Source of the DNA: an uncultured Alphaproteobacteria bacterium
Lineage (GTDB): Bacteria > Pseudomonadota > Alphaproteobacteria > Rhizobiales > Xanthobacteraceae
Reading direction: 5' to 3'
NCBI GenBank assembly: GCA_963765745.1
Contig: CAVXXM010000004.1
Location: forward strand, 172,474-236,473
Length of the DNA: 64,000 nt
The translations under genes and the position numbers were made by a program. Below are positions 20,187 through 30,238 of this stretch, piece after piece (positions within the stretch are counted from its first letter, which is position 1; each line of letters starts with the position of its first letter). The notes under the pieces are model-generated. The model saw only the letters and a program-made list of their open reading frames with translations, searched no databases and had not been told where the DNA came from.

Positions 20187-20205
20187 TATGCTCAAAGAGA
20201 GTATA
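20187..20205 (+). promoter_or_regulatory. Operator-like site 2 upstream of nadA (TATGCTC-AAAGA-GAGTATA)
   Basis: Imperfect palindrome ending 19 nt before the nadA ATG and immediately upstream of the GGGAGG SD. Confidence 0.3.
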
Positions 20206-20223
20206 TTTGGTAGGGAGGCGGAA

Positions 20224-21335
20224 ATGACCAGCCTAGCCCCGCAATTCGAGCTGCTCGGGCCCCCGGTGGCCCGCCAGGCCATCGTGCCGCGGCCGAGCAA
20301 CGGCGCGGCCGCGCGCCGGCTCGGCGTGCTGCCGATGCCCAAGCTCGAATGGAACGCGGAGGTCGAGCGGGCGACCGCGCACCTCTACGAGAAGGTGAAG
20401 ACGGTCGTGCCGCCGGTCGAGTGGCCGTTCTTCGCGCCGTACGTGAAGGCGATCAACGAGCTGAAGAAGCAGCGCAACGCCGTCATCCTCGCGCACAATT
20501 ACCAGACGCCGGAAATCTACAACTGCGTCGCCGATTTCGTCGGCGACTCGCTGCAGCTCGCCCGCGAGGCCACCAAGACCAAGGCCGACATCATCGTGCA
20601 GGGCGGCGTGCACTTCATGGCCGAGACCTCGAAGTTGCTTGAACCCCGACAAGATCGTGCTGATCCCGGATCTGCTCGCCGGCTGCTCGCTCGCCGCTTC
20701 GATCACCGGCGAGGACGTGCGGCTGCTGCGCGAGCGCTTCCCCGGCGTGCCGGTCGTCAGCTACGTGAACACTTCCGCCGACGTGAAGGCCGAGAGCGAC
20801 ATCTGCTGCACGTCTTCGAACGCCGTGCAGGTGGTCGAGAGCTTCGGCGTCGACCGGGTGATCTTCCTGCCCGACGAATATCTCGCTCGCTGGGTCGCCA
20901 ACAACACCAAGGTCAAGATCATCGCCTGGAAGGGCCACTGCGAAGTGCACGAGCGCTTCACCGGCGACGGAGCTGCGCAAGCTCCGCGAAGGCGAGCCGG
21001 GCCTGCAGATTCTGGCGCACCCCGAATGCCCGCCCGACGTGCTCGCGGAGGCGGACTTCACCGGCTCCACCTCGGCCATGAGCAACTGGGTGCGGACCAA
21101 ACAGCCCAAGCGCGTCGTGCTGGTCACCGAATGCTCCATGGCCGACAACGTGCAGACCGAGAATCCGAACGTCGAGTTCGTGCGGCCGTGCAATCTCTGC
21201 CCCTACATGAAGCGCATCACGCTGCCCAAAATTCTCGACAGCCTCGTGTACCTGCGCGAGGAGGTCGAGATCGATCCCGCCATCGCCGCCCGCGCGCGGC
21301 GGGCGGTGGAGCGCATGGTGCAGTTGAAACACTAG
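20224..21335 (+). pseudogene. nadA: Quinolinate synthase, two +1 frame breaks (about 20638 and 20969)
   Basis: Segments lie in three successive frames: ...[13 protein letters not shown]...[11 protein letters not shown] / [18 protein letters not shown]...[14 protein letters not shown] / [24 protein letters not shown]...[17 protein letters not shown] before the ATG. Confidence 0.9.
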
Positions 21336-21372
21336 TCATTGCTCGCGGGTCTCGCCCGCGCCCCGGAATGAC
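21335..21372. repeat. Short REP-like palindrome in the nadA-nadB spacer (GTCATT...CGCGGG-N5-CCCGCG...CCCCGGAATGAC)
   Basis: Terminal 6-bp inverted repeat GTCATT/AATGAC and an inner 6-bp stem. The right arm is identical to the arm of the 39534..39634 element. Confidence 0.4.
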
Positions 21373-22979
21373 GAGCAAGATGCCCGACTCCACCCAGCAA
21401 GATTTCCTCTCCCCCGAATCCTGGGACGGGCTCGACGATGTCGTCATCGTCGGCGGCGGCTTGGCGGGACTGTTCTGCGCGCTGAAGCTGGCGCCGCGCC
21501 CCGTCACCGTGGTCACCGCGGCGCCGATCGGCGAGGGCGCTTCGTCCGCCCGCGCCCAGGGCGGCATCGCCGCCGCGCTCGGTGCCGACGATTCAATCGA
21601 CACCCACGTCGAGGATACGGTCGCCGCCGGCGCCGGCATCGTCGACCGCCACATCGCCGAGCTGATCGCCCGCGAGGCCCCGGCGCGCATCGAGGATCTG
21701 TTCCGCTACGGCGTGCCCTTCGACCGCGACAAGGAAGGTCGATTCCTGCTGTCGCGCGAGGCCGCGCACTCGCGCCGCCGCATCGTGCGCGTGCAGGGCG
21801 ACCGGGCCGGCGCCGAGATCATGGCCGCGCTGATCGCCGCCGTGCGCAAGACGCCGACCATCCGCGTGCTCGAAGGGGTCGTCATGCACGATCTCCTGGC
21901 CGACGGCCGCTATGTCACCGGCATCGCGGCGCGGCCGGCGGGGAAAAACACCGAGCCGGTCGCCATCCCGGCCCGCGCCGTGGTGCTGGCCTCGGGCGGC
22001 CTCGGCGGGCTCTATGCGGTGACGACAAATCCACGCGAGGCGCAGGGGCGGGGACTGGCCGCCTCGGCGCGCGCCGGTGCGGTGATCGCCGACGCCGAGT
22101 TCGTCCAGTTCCATCCGACCGCGCTCGACGTCGGCCGCGATCCGGCCCCGCTCGCTACCGAGGCGCTGCGCGGCGAGGGCGCGATCCTCGTCAATAAAGC
22201 CGGCGAGCGCTTCATGCTGAAGATCGATCCCGCCGCGGAGCTTGCGGCCCGCGACGTGGTCGCGCGCGGCACTTTTGCCGAGATCGCCGCCGGCCGCGGC
22301 GCTTTCCTCGACGTGCGCCCCGTGGAGCAATTCGCCACGCGCTTCCCGACCGTGTTCGCCGCCTGCAAGGAAGCGGGCATCGACCCATCGAAAGCGCCGA
22401 TTCCGATCGCGCCCGCGGCGCACTATCACATGGGTGGCGTGCTGGTGGACGCCAATGGCCGCTCGTCGCTCGACGGCCTCTGGGCTGTGGGTGAGGTGGC
22501 TTCCACCGGCGCCCACGGCGCCAACCGGCTGGCGTCCAATTCGCTGCTGGAAGCCGTCGTATTCGCCGCGCGCATCGCGGAGGATATCGGCGGGCTGCTG
22601 CCGTTGCCCAAGACCCTGGCCTGGCCCCGCTCCAAGGCGAAGTCGCCGCTGGCGGCGACCGAGGACGCCAGCAACGACGTCGGCGCGCTGCGCCGCCTGA
22701 TGACCGACGATGTAGGCGTCATCCGCTCGGGCGCGGGCCTCTCGCGCGCGCTTGCGCGGCTGGTGGAAATCGAACGCAAAGCCAAGAGCGCGCAATTGCG
22801 CGACATGGCGGTGGCGGCGCTGCTCGTCGCCGCCGGCGCATGGCAGCGCACCGAAAGCCGCGGCGGGCATTATCGCTCCGACTTTCCCAAGCCCGATCCG
22901 GCGCAAGCGCACACGGAGATTCACCACGCTCGACGAGGCCCGCGCCGTCGCCGCACGCGCCAGCGCCAAGGCGGCCTGA
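21368..22979 (+). pseudogene. nadB: L-aspartate oxidase, frame break near the 3' end (about 22905-22925)
   Basis: [18 protein letters not shown] and RLASNSLLE. The C-terminal [19 protein letters not shown]-stop is in a different frame (ORF 22752..22979). The start could instead be the ATG at 21380. Confidence 0.9.
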
Positions 22980-22980
22980 C

Positions 22981-23852
22981 ATGTCCGAACTGCTCGCCCC
23001 CGGCGCCGCCATCTCCCCGCTCGTCATCGACGAGGCGGTGCGCCGCGCGCTCGACGAGGACCTGGGCCGCGCCGGCGACATCACCTCGGCTGCGACCTTG
23101 CCCGCAGGCGCGCGGGCCCGCGCCAGGCTCGTGGCGCGCAAGGCCGGCACCATCGCCGGGCTCGAATGCGCGCGGCGCGCATTCCTGATGCTCGACGGGA
23201 AAATCGCCTTCCGCGCCCGCCACCGCGACGGCGACAAGGTCGCGGCGGGAACGCTGCTCGCCGAGATCGAAGGCGCCGCCGCGCCGATCCTTTCGGCCGA
23301 GCGTACGGCGCTGAATTTCCTCGGCCGCCTCTCGGGCGTGGCCACGCTCACCGCCGCTTATGTCGCCAAGCTCGGCAGCGCCAAGGCGCGCGTCTCTGCA
23401 CGCGCAAGACCACGCCGGGCCTCCGCGCGCTGGAAAAATACGCGGTGCGCTGCGGTGGCGGGCACAATCATCGCTTCGGTCTCGATGACGCGGTGCTGAT
23501 CAAGGACAACCACATCGCGGTCGCCGGCGGCGTGAAGCCCGCGCTGGAAAAAGCGCGCGCCGCGGTCGGGCATCTCGTCAAGATCGAGATCGAGGTCGAC
23601 AGCCTCGCTCAGCTGAAAGACGTGCTCGCCTCCGGCAAAGCCGACGCGGTGCTGCTCGACAATATGGATACGAAGACGCTGGCCGAGGCGGTGAAGCTCG
23701 TCGGCGGCAAGCTCACGACCGAAGCCTCCGGCGGCGTCACGCTCGACACCATCGCGGCCATCGCCGCGACCGGCGTGGATCTGATCTCGTCGGGCGCGCT
23801 CACCCACTCGGCGCCCGCGCTCGACGTCGCTCTCGATATCGAAGCGCTCTAG
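22981..23852 (+). pseudogene. nadC: Nicotinate-nucleotide diphosphorylase (carboxylating), frame break at about 23393
   Basis: The N-terminal half is in ORF 22840..23499 (from MSELLAPG). The C-terminal half [29 protein letters not shown]...LLDNM is in ORF 23166..23852. Confidence 0.9.
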
Positions 23853-26488
23853 CCTGCAGCGCCAGTTGTGGCCTTGCCAGCAGTGCGCGGCGGGAACAGC
23901 AAGCGCTGATAGAGCCAGCCGATGCCGACCAGCACCAGGCCGAGGCCGATGAAGGAGAGTGCCCGCAACACGCCGGTGAGACCCGCCATGTCGATCAAGA
24001 ACACCTTGCCGACCGTCAGCAGCACGACTGCGGCGGAGCAGAGCCGCACCGGCTGCGAGCGCAGAAAGATCCCGGCGAACAACAGCGCAACGCCGAAGGC
24101 CAGCCATGCCGCCGAATAGGTATATTGCTCGGCGTCGCTGATCCGTCCGATGCTCAGTATGGACCCGCGATAGAAACGCGTGACTTCGAGCGACAAGTAG
24201 GCGAGCGCAAGTGCGACCGCGGTGATCGCGGCGATGGTGCGATAAGCCTGCGGCCGCGTTTCCCGCGTGATCAGACCGAGCACGCCCGCGAGCACCGCCG
24301 GCAGCCCGTAGCCGAGCAAGATGAGATTGAAGAAAAGTCCCCCGACCGGCGTGCGGTTCCACAACGGGTTCAGGGCGAGCAGCAGGCCCAACACGATGGT
24401 GACCAGCGCGAGCCCGGCGATGATGACGGCGCCCACATTGTGAACGATGCTATTCGTGCGGGCACGTATGCGCTCGAGGCCGATCGCGATGGCAAGGCCG
24501 ACGCAGACCTGTAGCGCGGCTTCAGGGAGCCCGCACGACGCCCGATAGACGTCGCCGTCGTTGACGTAGTGTCTGATCTCGAGAACAGCGACGAGCACGG
24601 TGAACAGGATCGCCGCGGCGTCGGCAATGCGTGTCGGCACGTCGTCCCTGCGTCGGCGCAGCAAGTATCCGGCGACCCAGAATGCCAACGCAGGAACGCC
24701 ATAGCCGTAAAGCAGCCAGTTGAAGATCGGAGTGGTGCCCACCTCGCGCCCGACGATAAGCGGTTCCCAACCGATCCGCGCTATCACCAGCACCACCAGT
24801 ACGCCGGCGAGCCAGCGCAGCCAGGGCAGTGGCCGTTTTCCTGCCACCCAGGCGACGCCCGGCACCATCAGGGCGAGCGCGACCGTGAGCCAACCCTTCT
24901 CCAGTGCGAGCGTGAGCGCGAGCGCGAGCGCGGCGACCGCGCCGGTCGCAAAGATGGCGCTGGCTGCGGCGAGCCCCGGGCGCGGCGCGCGTTTGACGAG
25001 CGTTTCGGTCGCGACCGCATAGAGCGCCGCGAGTAGAAGCGCGAGCCCGGCGAACGGGATCGATTGCTCGAAGCCGGCAATGCGGAAATAGAGCGCAGCG
25101 AGAATCGCAATCGGCGCGAACACGGCCGCCGCCGCCCACAACATAGGCGCAAGCGGCTGCTGCGAGCGGCCCTGCGCTAAATAGCCGCTTGCGCCGAACA
25201 GCACGGCGAAGCCTGCGCCGATCGCGAGCTGGAGTTCGTAGGCCGCCCGCTGCGGCCCCGCCACGCTGCCTGCCAACGGACCGGCCGGCGCCACCAGGGC
25301 CCCGAGATTGGTGTCCAACGCCCAATCGGCGATCACGAGCGCCGCTAGCACCGCTGCGGCCGGCACCGCGCCAGCCGCAGCCTCGGCCCGCCAAGTGATC
25401 GCGACGGTGGCCACGACCAGCGCGGCGAATGCGAAAATCGCCAGCCCGTTGTGATCGTTCGCGAGTACGAGCGCGGCCGCCGCGAACAGATAGGCAGCGA
25501 GTGCGCCGGAAGAAACCCCATCGACCCGGCCAGGCGCGGTATCGGGACCGAACAGAAGGCCTGCGACGATGAACGCGGCGACCAGCAGGAACCCGATGAC
25601 GGCGTGCGCCGCGTGCGGGGCGAGCGAGTCCACGCGCGTATCGTCGATCCCCGGGAGCATCCAGAGCGTGCCGAATACGACTGCAGTGACCGCAAGCCAG
25701 CGCCACAGCCGTGCGCGCGCAAGCGCGAAGGATGCCGCGGTGACGACCGCAAGGTAGATGGTGAGCGCCCAGTAGTTCGGCCGGTCGGCGGCCACGAGCA
25801 GCGGTGCAAGGTACGCGCCGACGAGGCCGAGCGCGGCGAGGGCGGGCCCGTGCAAGAGTGCGGCGGCCAGCGTCGCAAGCGCGACGAGACCAAGCAGGAT
25901 GAAGGCGACGGCAGGATCGAGGAAATCGTAAAGGGCATAGGCCGCGTAGACGTCGGCATAGGCGACGGCCGTGCCGGCCGCGGTCAGGATGCTCGGGATA
26001 TGCGCGGCAGGGAGTCCGGCGACACCCGATCGCAGCTCCTTACGCCGCGTCCACTCGCCGCCGATAACCAACGCTGCCGCGAGCAGCGCTCCCAGCAAGA
26101 CGCGCACGCCCGGCCCGATCAACCCCTGCTCGATCGAATATTGCACGAGGAAGACGCCGCCGAGGGCGAGCGCCAGGCCGCCGACCCACACCACCCAGCT
26201 CGTGCCGAAGCGCTCTTCGAAGGTTTTCGTGTCGGTCTTTCCGGCCGGCGTCCATTTTGGCTTGGACGGCGGTGCGGGTTGTGCGGGCGGCGGCGTCGGC
26301 GCGGCGGAGGATTCGCGCGCCGGTGCTTCAGCCTTCGGGGTTTCGACGTCCGCTGCCGCACCCGTGAGGACAGGCGGCAAGCGCTGCTCGATCTCATGCA
26401 GCCGTTTTTCTAAATTGCGCAGGCGCCCGCGCGCGTTGAAGGCGAGGACCGCCCCGATCACGAAAAGCAGGAGCAGAAATGCGGTCAT
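23849..26488 (-). CDS. DUF2339-type polytopic membrane protein (879 aa)
   Basis: [37 protein letters not shown], a Pro/Ala-rich linker, then more than 20 hydrophobic helices. Intact. Start set at Met57 of ORF 23849..26656. Confidence 0.7.
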   Translation of the reverse strand: MTAFLLLLFVIGAVLAFNARGRLRNLEKRLHEIEQRLPPVLTGAAADVETPKAEAPARESSAAPTPPPAQPAPPSKPKWTPAGKTDTKTFEERFGTSWVVWVGGLALALGGVFLVQYSIEQGLIGPGVRVLLGALLAAALVIGGEWTRRKELRSGVAGLPAAHIPSILTAAGTAVAYADVYAAYALYDFLDPAVAFILLGLVALATLAAALLHGPALAALGLVGAYLAPLLVAADRPNYWALTIYLAVVTAASFALARARLWRWLAVTAVVFGTLWMLPGIDDTRVDSLAPHAAHAVIGFLLVAAFIVAGLLFGPDTAPGRVDGVSSGALAAYLFAAAALVLANDHNGLAIFAFAALVVATVAITWRAEAAAGAVPAAAVLAALVIADWALDTNLGALVAPAGPLAGSVAGPQRAAYELQLAIGAGFAVLFGASGYLAQGRSQQPLAPMLWAAAAVFAPIAILAALYFRIAGFEQSIPFAGLALLLAALYAVATETLVKRAPRPGLAAASAIFATGAVAALALALTLALEKGWLTVALALMVPGVAWVAGKRPLPWLRWLAGVLVVLVIARIGWEPLIVGREVGTTPIFNWLLYGYGVPALAFWVAGYLLRRRRDDVPTRIADAAAILFTVLVAVLEIRHYVNDGDVYRASCGLPEAALQVCVGLAIAIGLERIRARTNSIVHNVGAVIIAGLALVTIVLGLLLALNPLWNRTPVGGLFFNLILLGYGLPAVLAGVLGLITRETRPQAYRTIAAITAVALALAYLSLEVTRFYRGSILSIGRISDAEQYTYSAAWLAFGVALLFAGIFLRSQPVRLCSAAVVLLTVGKVFLIDMAGLTGVLRALSFIGLGLVLVGIGWLYQRLLFPPRTAGKATTGAAG

Positions 26489-26570
26489 GGCGATCCCCGG
26501 GGATCGATGGTCGGATGATGCTACCGTAGGATGCGGGCGGACGCGAGTGCGGTTTGCCCGTTGTTCATGA

Positions 26571-27550
26571 TCAGCGCCCGCCGAACCGCAATCCCGGCGC
26601 CGGGCGCTCGGACAAGACATCGCGGCGGAAACGGAACAGCGCCGCCGGCCGGCCACCGGTTTCGGTCGACATCTTGCCGGTCGATTCCACGAGCGCGCTC
26701 GATTCCACGAGTCGGCGGAAATTCTGCTTATGCAGATGCCGCCCCGCGATCGCTTCCACCGTGCGCTGCAGTTCGGTGAGCGTGAATGCCTCGTCCATTA
26801 GCTCGAACACCACCGGCCGGTATTTCAACTTGGCACGCAGCCGCGCGATGGCGGTGGCAAGAATTCGCCGATGGTCGAAGCGCATGGGCTCGCCGAGGGG
26901 CACGATTTTCTTGCGCGCCAGCGCCGCCTCGCGGCCGTCGCGCCGCGCCTCCTCGACCAAGACCGGCGTCGTACAGCAGCTCGTAGCGCTCCAGCACCCG
27001 CTCCTCGTCCCACGGCGAGCCGTCGGCGCCGAACGCGAGCGTAAGGCGGGCGCGCCGCGTCGGCGTCGGGCTTTGGCCGCGCGGCGGCGGCGATTTCGCC
27101 CAGGCATTGAGCGCCGAGCAGGATGGTGGCGTCGAGCATCGCCGGCCGGCCGTCGCGCCAATCCTCCCACGGGAAGAAGCGGTACCAGGGCTCGAAGCGC
27201 GCGCCCGCCGCCTTCAGCGCCTTGTCGTCCTCGGGCACGCGGGTGAGCGCGAGGTAGCCGACGGACGCGACATGCGGCCCGGTGTCGCCCGGCTGCGCGT
27301 GGCGGCCGCGGTCGCCGAAAGTATAGAGCTGCTCGACATAGCCGACCGCGAGCGCGGTCTGCGCGGCCACGAAGGTGCGGAGCCCGATCTCGAAGGTGCG
27401 GTGCTTGAGCGCGTCGAACGGCCCGCTCGGCAGCCCGAGCGCGTCGCCCTTGGCGCCGCCGAGGACGAGAATGCGCGGCGAGCCGTCCTCGACCGCGACG
27501 ATCGCCGCGGTCAGCCCAATCTCGATCGGCGTGCGCATGCGGGCTTCCAT
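26571..27550 (-). pseudogene. nadQ: Nudix-like/winged-helix NAD regulator (NadQ, COG4111-like), two frame breaks (about 27110 and 26959)
   Basis: Nudix-like N-terminus IEIGLTAAIVAVEDGSPRILV. The middle segment LTLAFGADGSPWDEERVLERYELLYDAGL is in a second frame. The C-terminal wHTH FTLTELQRTVEAIAGRHLHKQNFRRLVE...GRPAALFRFRR is in a third. Family assignment is from memory and from adjacency to nadABC. Confidence 0.6.
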
Positions 27551-27599
27551 GGCGCGATTCTATCGCGTCGGCGCGGAACCGTCGCGACTTTTCCTGCGG

Positions 27600-28106
27600 T
27601 CAATCCAGCTTGAGCCGGAACGGCACCGCTTCCTCGGTGAAGTCGCCGGAGCCGATCTTGGCAATCGCCGCCTTCATGCGCCCGCGCCGGCCGAGGAAAT
27701 CGTCGGCCAGCGCCACCAGCCGCGGATTGGGCGAGGCGGTGCGCGAGGCGGCGCGCAGCCGGAGCGCGATCTCGGCCTCGTCGCTCTTCGGCGACAGCGC
27801 GCAGGCCGAGATGAAGGCCGCCGCGGTCGAGCGGCTGATGCCGGCGAAGCAATGGATCACCAGCGGCTGCTTGCGGTCCCAGCGGTCGAGGAAGCCGACC
27901 AGCGCCTCCACGTGCTCGTGCGCCGGTGCGAGATAGCCGTCGATCGGCTCGGCGATGTCGTCCATCCTGAGCCACAGATGATCGTCGGGCTCGATGCCGC
28001 GCGGACGAAAAACGCGCGACTCGTCGCGCACCAGCGTCACCACGTGCCGCGCGCGGATCTCGTCGACGGATTCCTGCAAGCGCGACAACGGACAGACTAG
28101 AATCAT
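27600..28106 (-). CDS. Cysteine-phosphatase (protein tyrosine phosphatase-like, COG5350-type) protein
   Basis: MILVCPLSRLQ start (Met74 of ORF 27600..28325). P-loop HCFAGISRST. Its ATG overlaps the upstream stop (ATGA). Confidence 0.6.
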   Translation of the reverse strand: MILVCPLSRLQESVDEIRARHVVTLVRDESRVFRPRGIEPDDHLWLRMDDIAEPIDGYLAPAHEHVEALVGFLDRWDRKQPLVIHCFAGISRSTAAAFISACALSPKSDEAEIALRLRAASRTASPNPRLVALADDFLGRRGRMKAAIAKIGSGDFTEEAVPFRLKLD

Positions 28107-28708
28107 TGTTTCGAGAGCTCCTGGAAGCGCTTCACGAACCGCCGCTCGGCGGTCTCGGCGTTCCACGAACCCAGATAGTGCCTCATAGCGGCGGCGTCGA
28201 GGCCCGGCGGCATGCCGAAGAAGCGCCGCGCCTCGGCCTCCTTGAAGCCGGCGAGCCGGGTCGCTTCCAGATAGGCCGCGCCACGGTCGGATTCCTTCAC
28301 GAGCTTTACGAGCGCGGGCGGCCATTTCACCGGCAGCCCGAAGCGCAGCGAAACGGCGTGCAGCAGTCGCTGCTCGACCGCCTTGTAGTCCGTGTTGAAC
28401 ACCGCCTTGAACGGGCTGATCAGATCGCCGACCACGTATTCGGGCGAATCGTGCAGCAGCACCGCGAGCCGCCAGCGCGGGTCGACGTTCGGCGCGATCC
28501 GCCGCGAGATCGCCTCCACCAGCAGCGAATGCTGCGCCACGGAGAAGATGTGCGGGCCTTCGGTCTGGCCGTTCCAGCGCGCCACTCGCGCCAGCCCGTG
28601 CGCGATGTCCTCGATCTCCACGTCGAGCGGCGACGGATCAAGCAGATCGAGCCGGCGGCCGGAAAGCATCCGTTGCCAGGCGCGGGGAGGGGAGGAGCGC
28701 GCGGCCAT
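28103..28708 (-). CDS. HD-domain phosphohydrolase (YfbR-like)
   Basis: Start at Met88 of ORF 28103..28969. FSVAQHSLLV and AVLLHDSPEYVVGDLISP (HD motif). Confidence 0.65.
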   Translation of the reverse strand: MAARSSPPRAWQRMLSGRRLDLLDPSPLDVEIEDIAHGLARVARWNGQTEGPHIFSVAQHSLLVEAISRRIAPNVDPRWRLAVLLHDSPEYVVGDLISPFKAVFNTDYKAVEQRLLHAVSLRFGLPVKWPPALVKLVKESDRGAAYLEATRLAGFKEAEARRFFGMPPGLDAAAMRHYLGSWNAETAERRFVKRFQELSKQ

Positions 28709-29304
28709 TATTTCGCGAGCGGCTTGTGCCGATGGCACGCGACAAGATGATCGTTGACCATGCCGACCGCCTGCATGAAGGCATAGACGATGGTGGGCCC
28801 GACGAACTTGAAGCCGCGCTCCTTCAGGTCCTCGGAAATCTTCAGCGACAGCGGCGTCTGCGCCGGAATATTTCGTATCGTGCGGCGGTGAAAGACGAGG
28901 GGCTCGCCGTTGGTGAAATCCCACAAATAGGCCGAGAAGCCCGGCCCTTTTTCCTGCATGTCGAGCCACGCCCGCGCCGACGAGACCGCGCCGTCGATCT
29001 TCATACGGTTGCGGATAATGCCGGCGTCCTGCATCAGCGCCGCGCGCTTTTTCTTGTCGTAGCGCGCGATCTTCTCGGGCTTGAATTTGTCGAAGGCGCG
29101 GCGGAAATTGTCGCGCTTGCGCAAAATCGTGATCCAGGAAAGCCCGGCCTGGAAGCCGTCGAGCACGAGCTTCTCATAGAGCGCGCGGTCGTCGCGCTCG
29201 GGCACGCCCCATTCGGTGTCGTGATAGGCCATGTAGAGCGGATCGGTGCCGCACCAGGGACAGCGATGCAGGCCGTCCTCGTGTTTGAGCGCGCTTCGCC
29301 TCAC
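28708..29304 (-). CDS. tag: DNA-3-methyladenine glycosylase I
   Basis: RCPWCGTDPLYMAYHDTEWGVP, GFQAGLSWITILRKR and FVGPTIVYAFMQAVGMVNDH. GTG start overlaps the ygfZ stop (GTGA). Confidence 0.9.
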   Translation of the reverse strand: MRRSALKHEDGLHRCPWCGTDPLYMAYHDTEWGVPERDDRALYEKLVLDGFQAGLSWITILRKRDNFRRAFDKFKPEKIARYDKKKRAALMQDAGIIRNRMKIDGAVSSARAWLDMQEKGPGFSAYLWDFTNGEPLVFHRRTIRNIPAQTPLSLKISEDLKERGFKFVGPTIVYAFMQAVGMVNDHLVACHRHKPLAK

Positions 29305-30143
29305 CGCGTCGGCTCCACCAGCCGGAGCGCGATGCCGCCGCCTTGGATCTTGCCGCCGGCTGCGAGCGCCTCCTCCACGCGATCGAGCCGCAACATGGCG
29401 AGCCCGCGGCCGTTGGCGGCCGAGCCCATGTAGCCCACCGTCTTGTCGCCCGCCTTGATCTCGACGCCGGGCATGGGCGCGCCGCCGTCATAGGCGACCG
29501 GCACAACGCGCTTGCGCGCGCCGCCGCGGTGCTGCATGCGCGACACCACTTCCTGGCCGATGAAGCAGCCCTTCTCGAAATCGACGCCGTGCAGGACATC
29601 CATGGCCGCCTCGTGCGGGAATGTGTCGCTATAGATGAAGTCCTTGCCGCCCTCGGGCACGCCGAGTGCGATGCGCTGCTGCTGCCAGACATCGGCATCG
29701 ACCAGCGTGAAGCCCTTGAGCGCCGCTTCGGCGCCCTCGCGCGGCAGGATCACGCGCGTGCCCAACCCCGCATGGCGTGGGTCGGAGAATGCGAGCCCGA
29801 GATCGTCCGGCGGCGTCCCGTCGAGCACGACCGCCACCGCGAGATCGGGCCGCGGCTCGATCGAAACCTTGGCCCGCAATTTGTAGAAGTTGAGCCGCTG
29901 CACGAAGTCGTCCGCCAGCGCACGCGGCACGTCGAGCACAAAGCCGCCGCCTTCGTCCGGAACACACGCGACCACGAAGAAGTCGAACAGAATCTTTCCC
30001 TGCGGCGTCAGCAATGCGGCGAATCGGGCCTCATTGGGCTTGAGATTCTCCACCTCGCTCGTGACCAGGTTGTTGAGAAAATGCGCGGCGTCCGCGCCGG
30101 AAAGGCGCACGACCGAACGTTCAGGTAAGATCGCGGCGCGCAT
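29301..30143 (-). CDS. ygfZ: YgfZ/GcvT-like folate-binding protein
   Basis: SVVRLSGADAAHFLNNL and the KGCFIGQE signature. Start at Met22 of ORF 29301..30206. Confidence 0.8.
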   Translation of the reverse strand: MRAAILPERSVVRLSGADAAHFLNNLVTSEVENLKPNEARFAALLTPQGKILFDFFVVACVPDEGGGFVLDVPRALADDFVQRLNFYKLRAKVSIEPRPDLAVAVVLDGTPPDDLGLAFSDPRHAGLGTRVILPREGAEAALKGFTLVDADVWQQQRIALGVPEGGKDFIYSDTFPHEAAMDVLHGVDFEKGCFIGQEVVSRMQHRGGARKRVVPVAYDGGAPMPGVEIKAGDKTVGYMGSAANGRGLAMLRLDRVEEALAAGGKIQGGGIALRLVEPTR

Positions 30144-30238
30144 GATCCTCGAAGCCTTATTGTAACAAGCCTTGCCAATTCCCGTGCCGACACGTAAGGC
30201 CCGCAAAGGGGCAGGGCAAGGCCGCCCACAGGGCGCGT

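Noticed and set aside
20100-20223. Possible NAD+ riboswitch (nadA motif) or other riboswitch upstream of nadA
   Set aside because: I could not find the tandem bulged stem-loops or the conserved C-rich bulge that I associate with the nadA motif. That class is known mainly from Acidobacteria. Protein-operator-like repeats explain the region better.
20639-23188. 849-aa ORF apparently fusing nadA, nadB and nadC
   Set aside because: It is an artefact of the nadA and nadB frame breaks, which leave one frame open. Each gene has its own stop and start when the frames are followed.
24880-24960. GCGAGCGCGAGCGCG-type short tandem repetition, considered as a repeat array
   Set aside because: It lies inside the intact DUF2339 ORF and encodes Ala/Leu-rich helix sequence ([12 protein letters not shown]). 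There is no spacer/repeat organisation.
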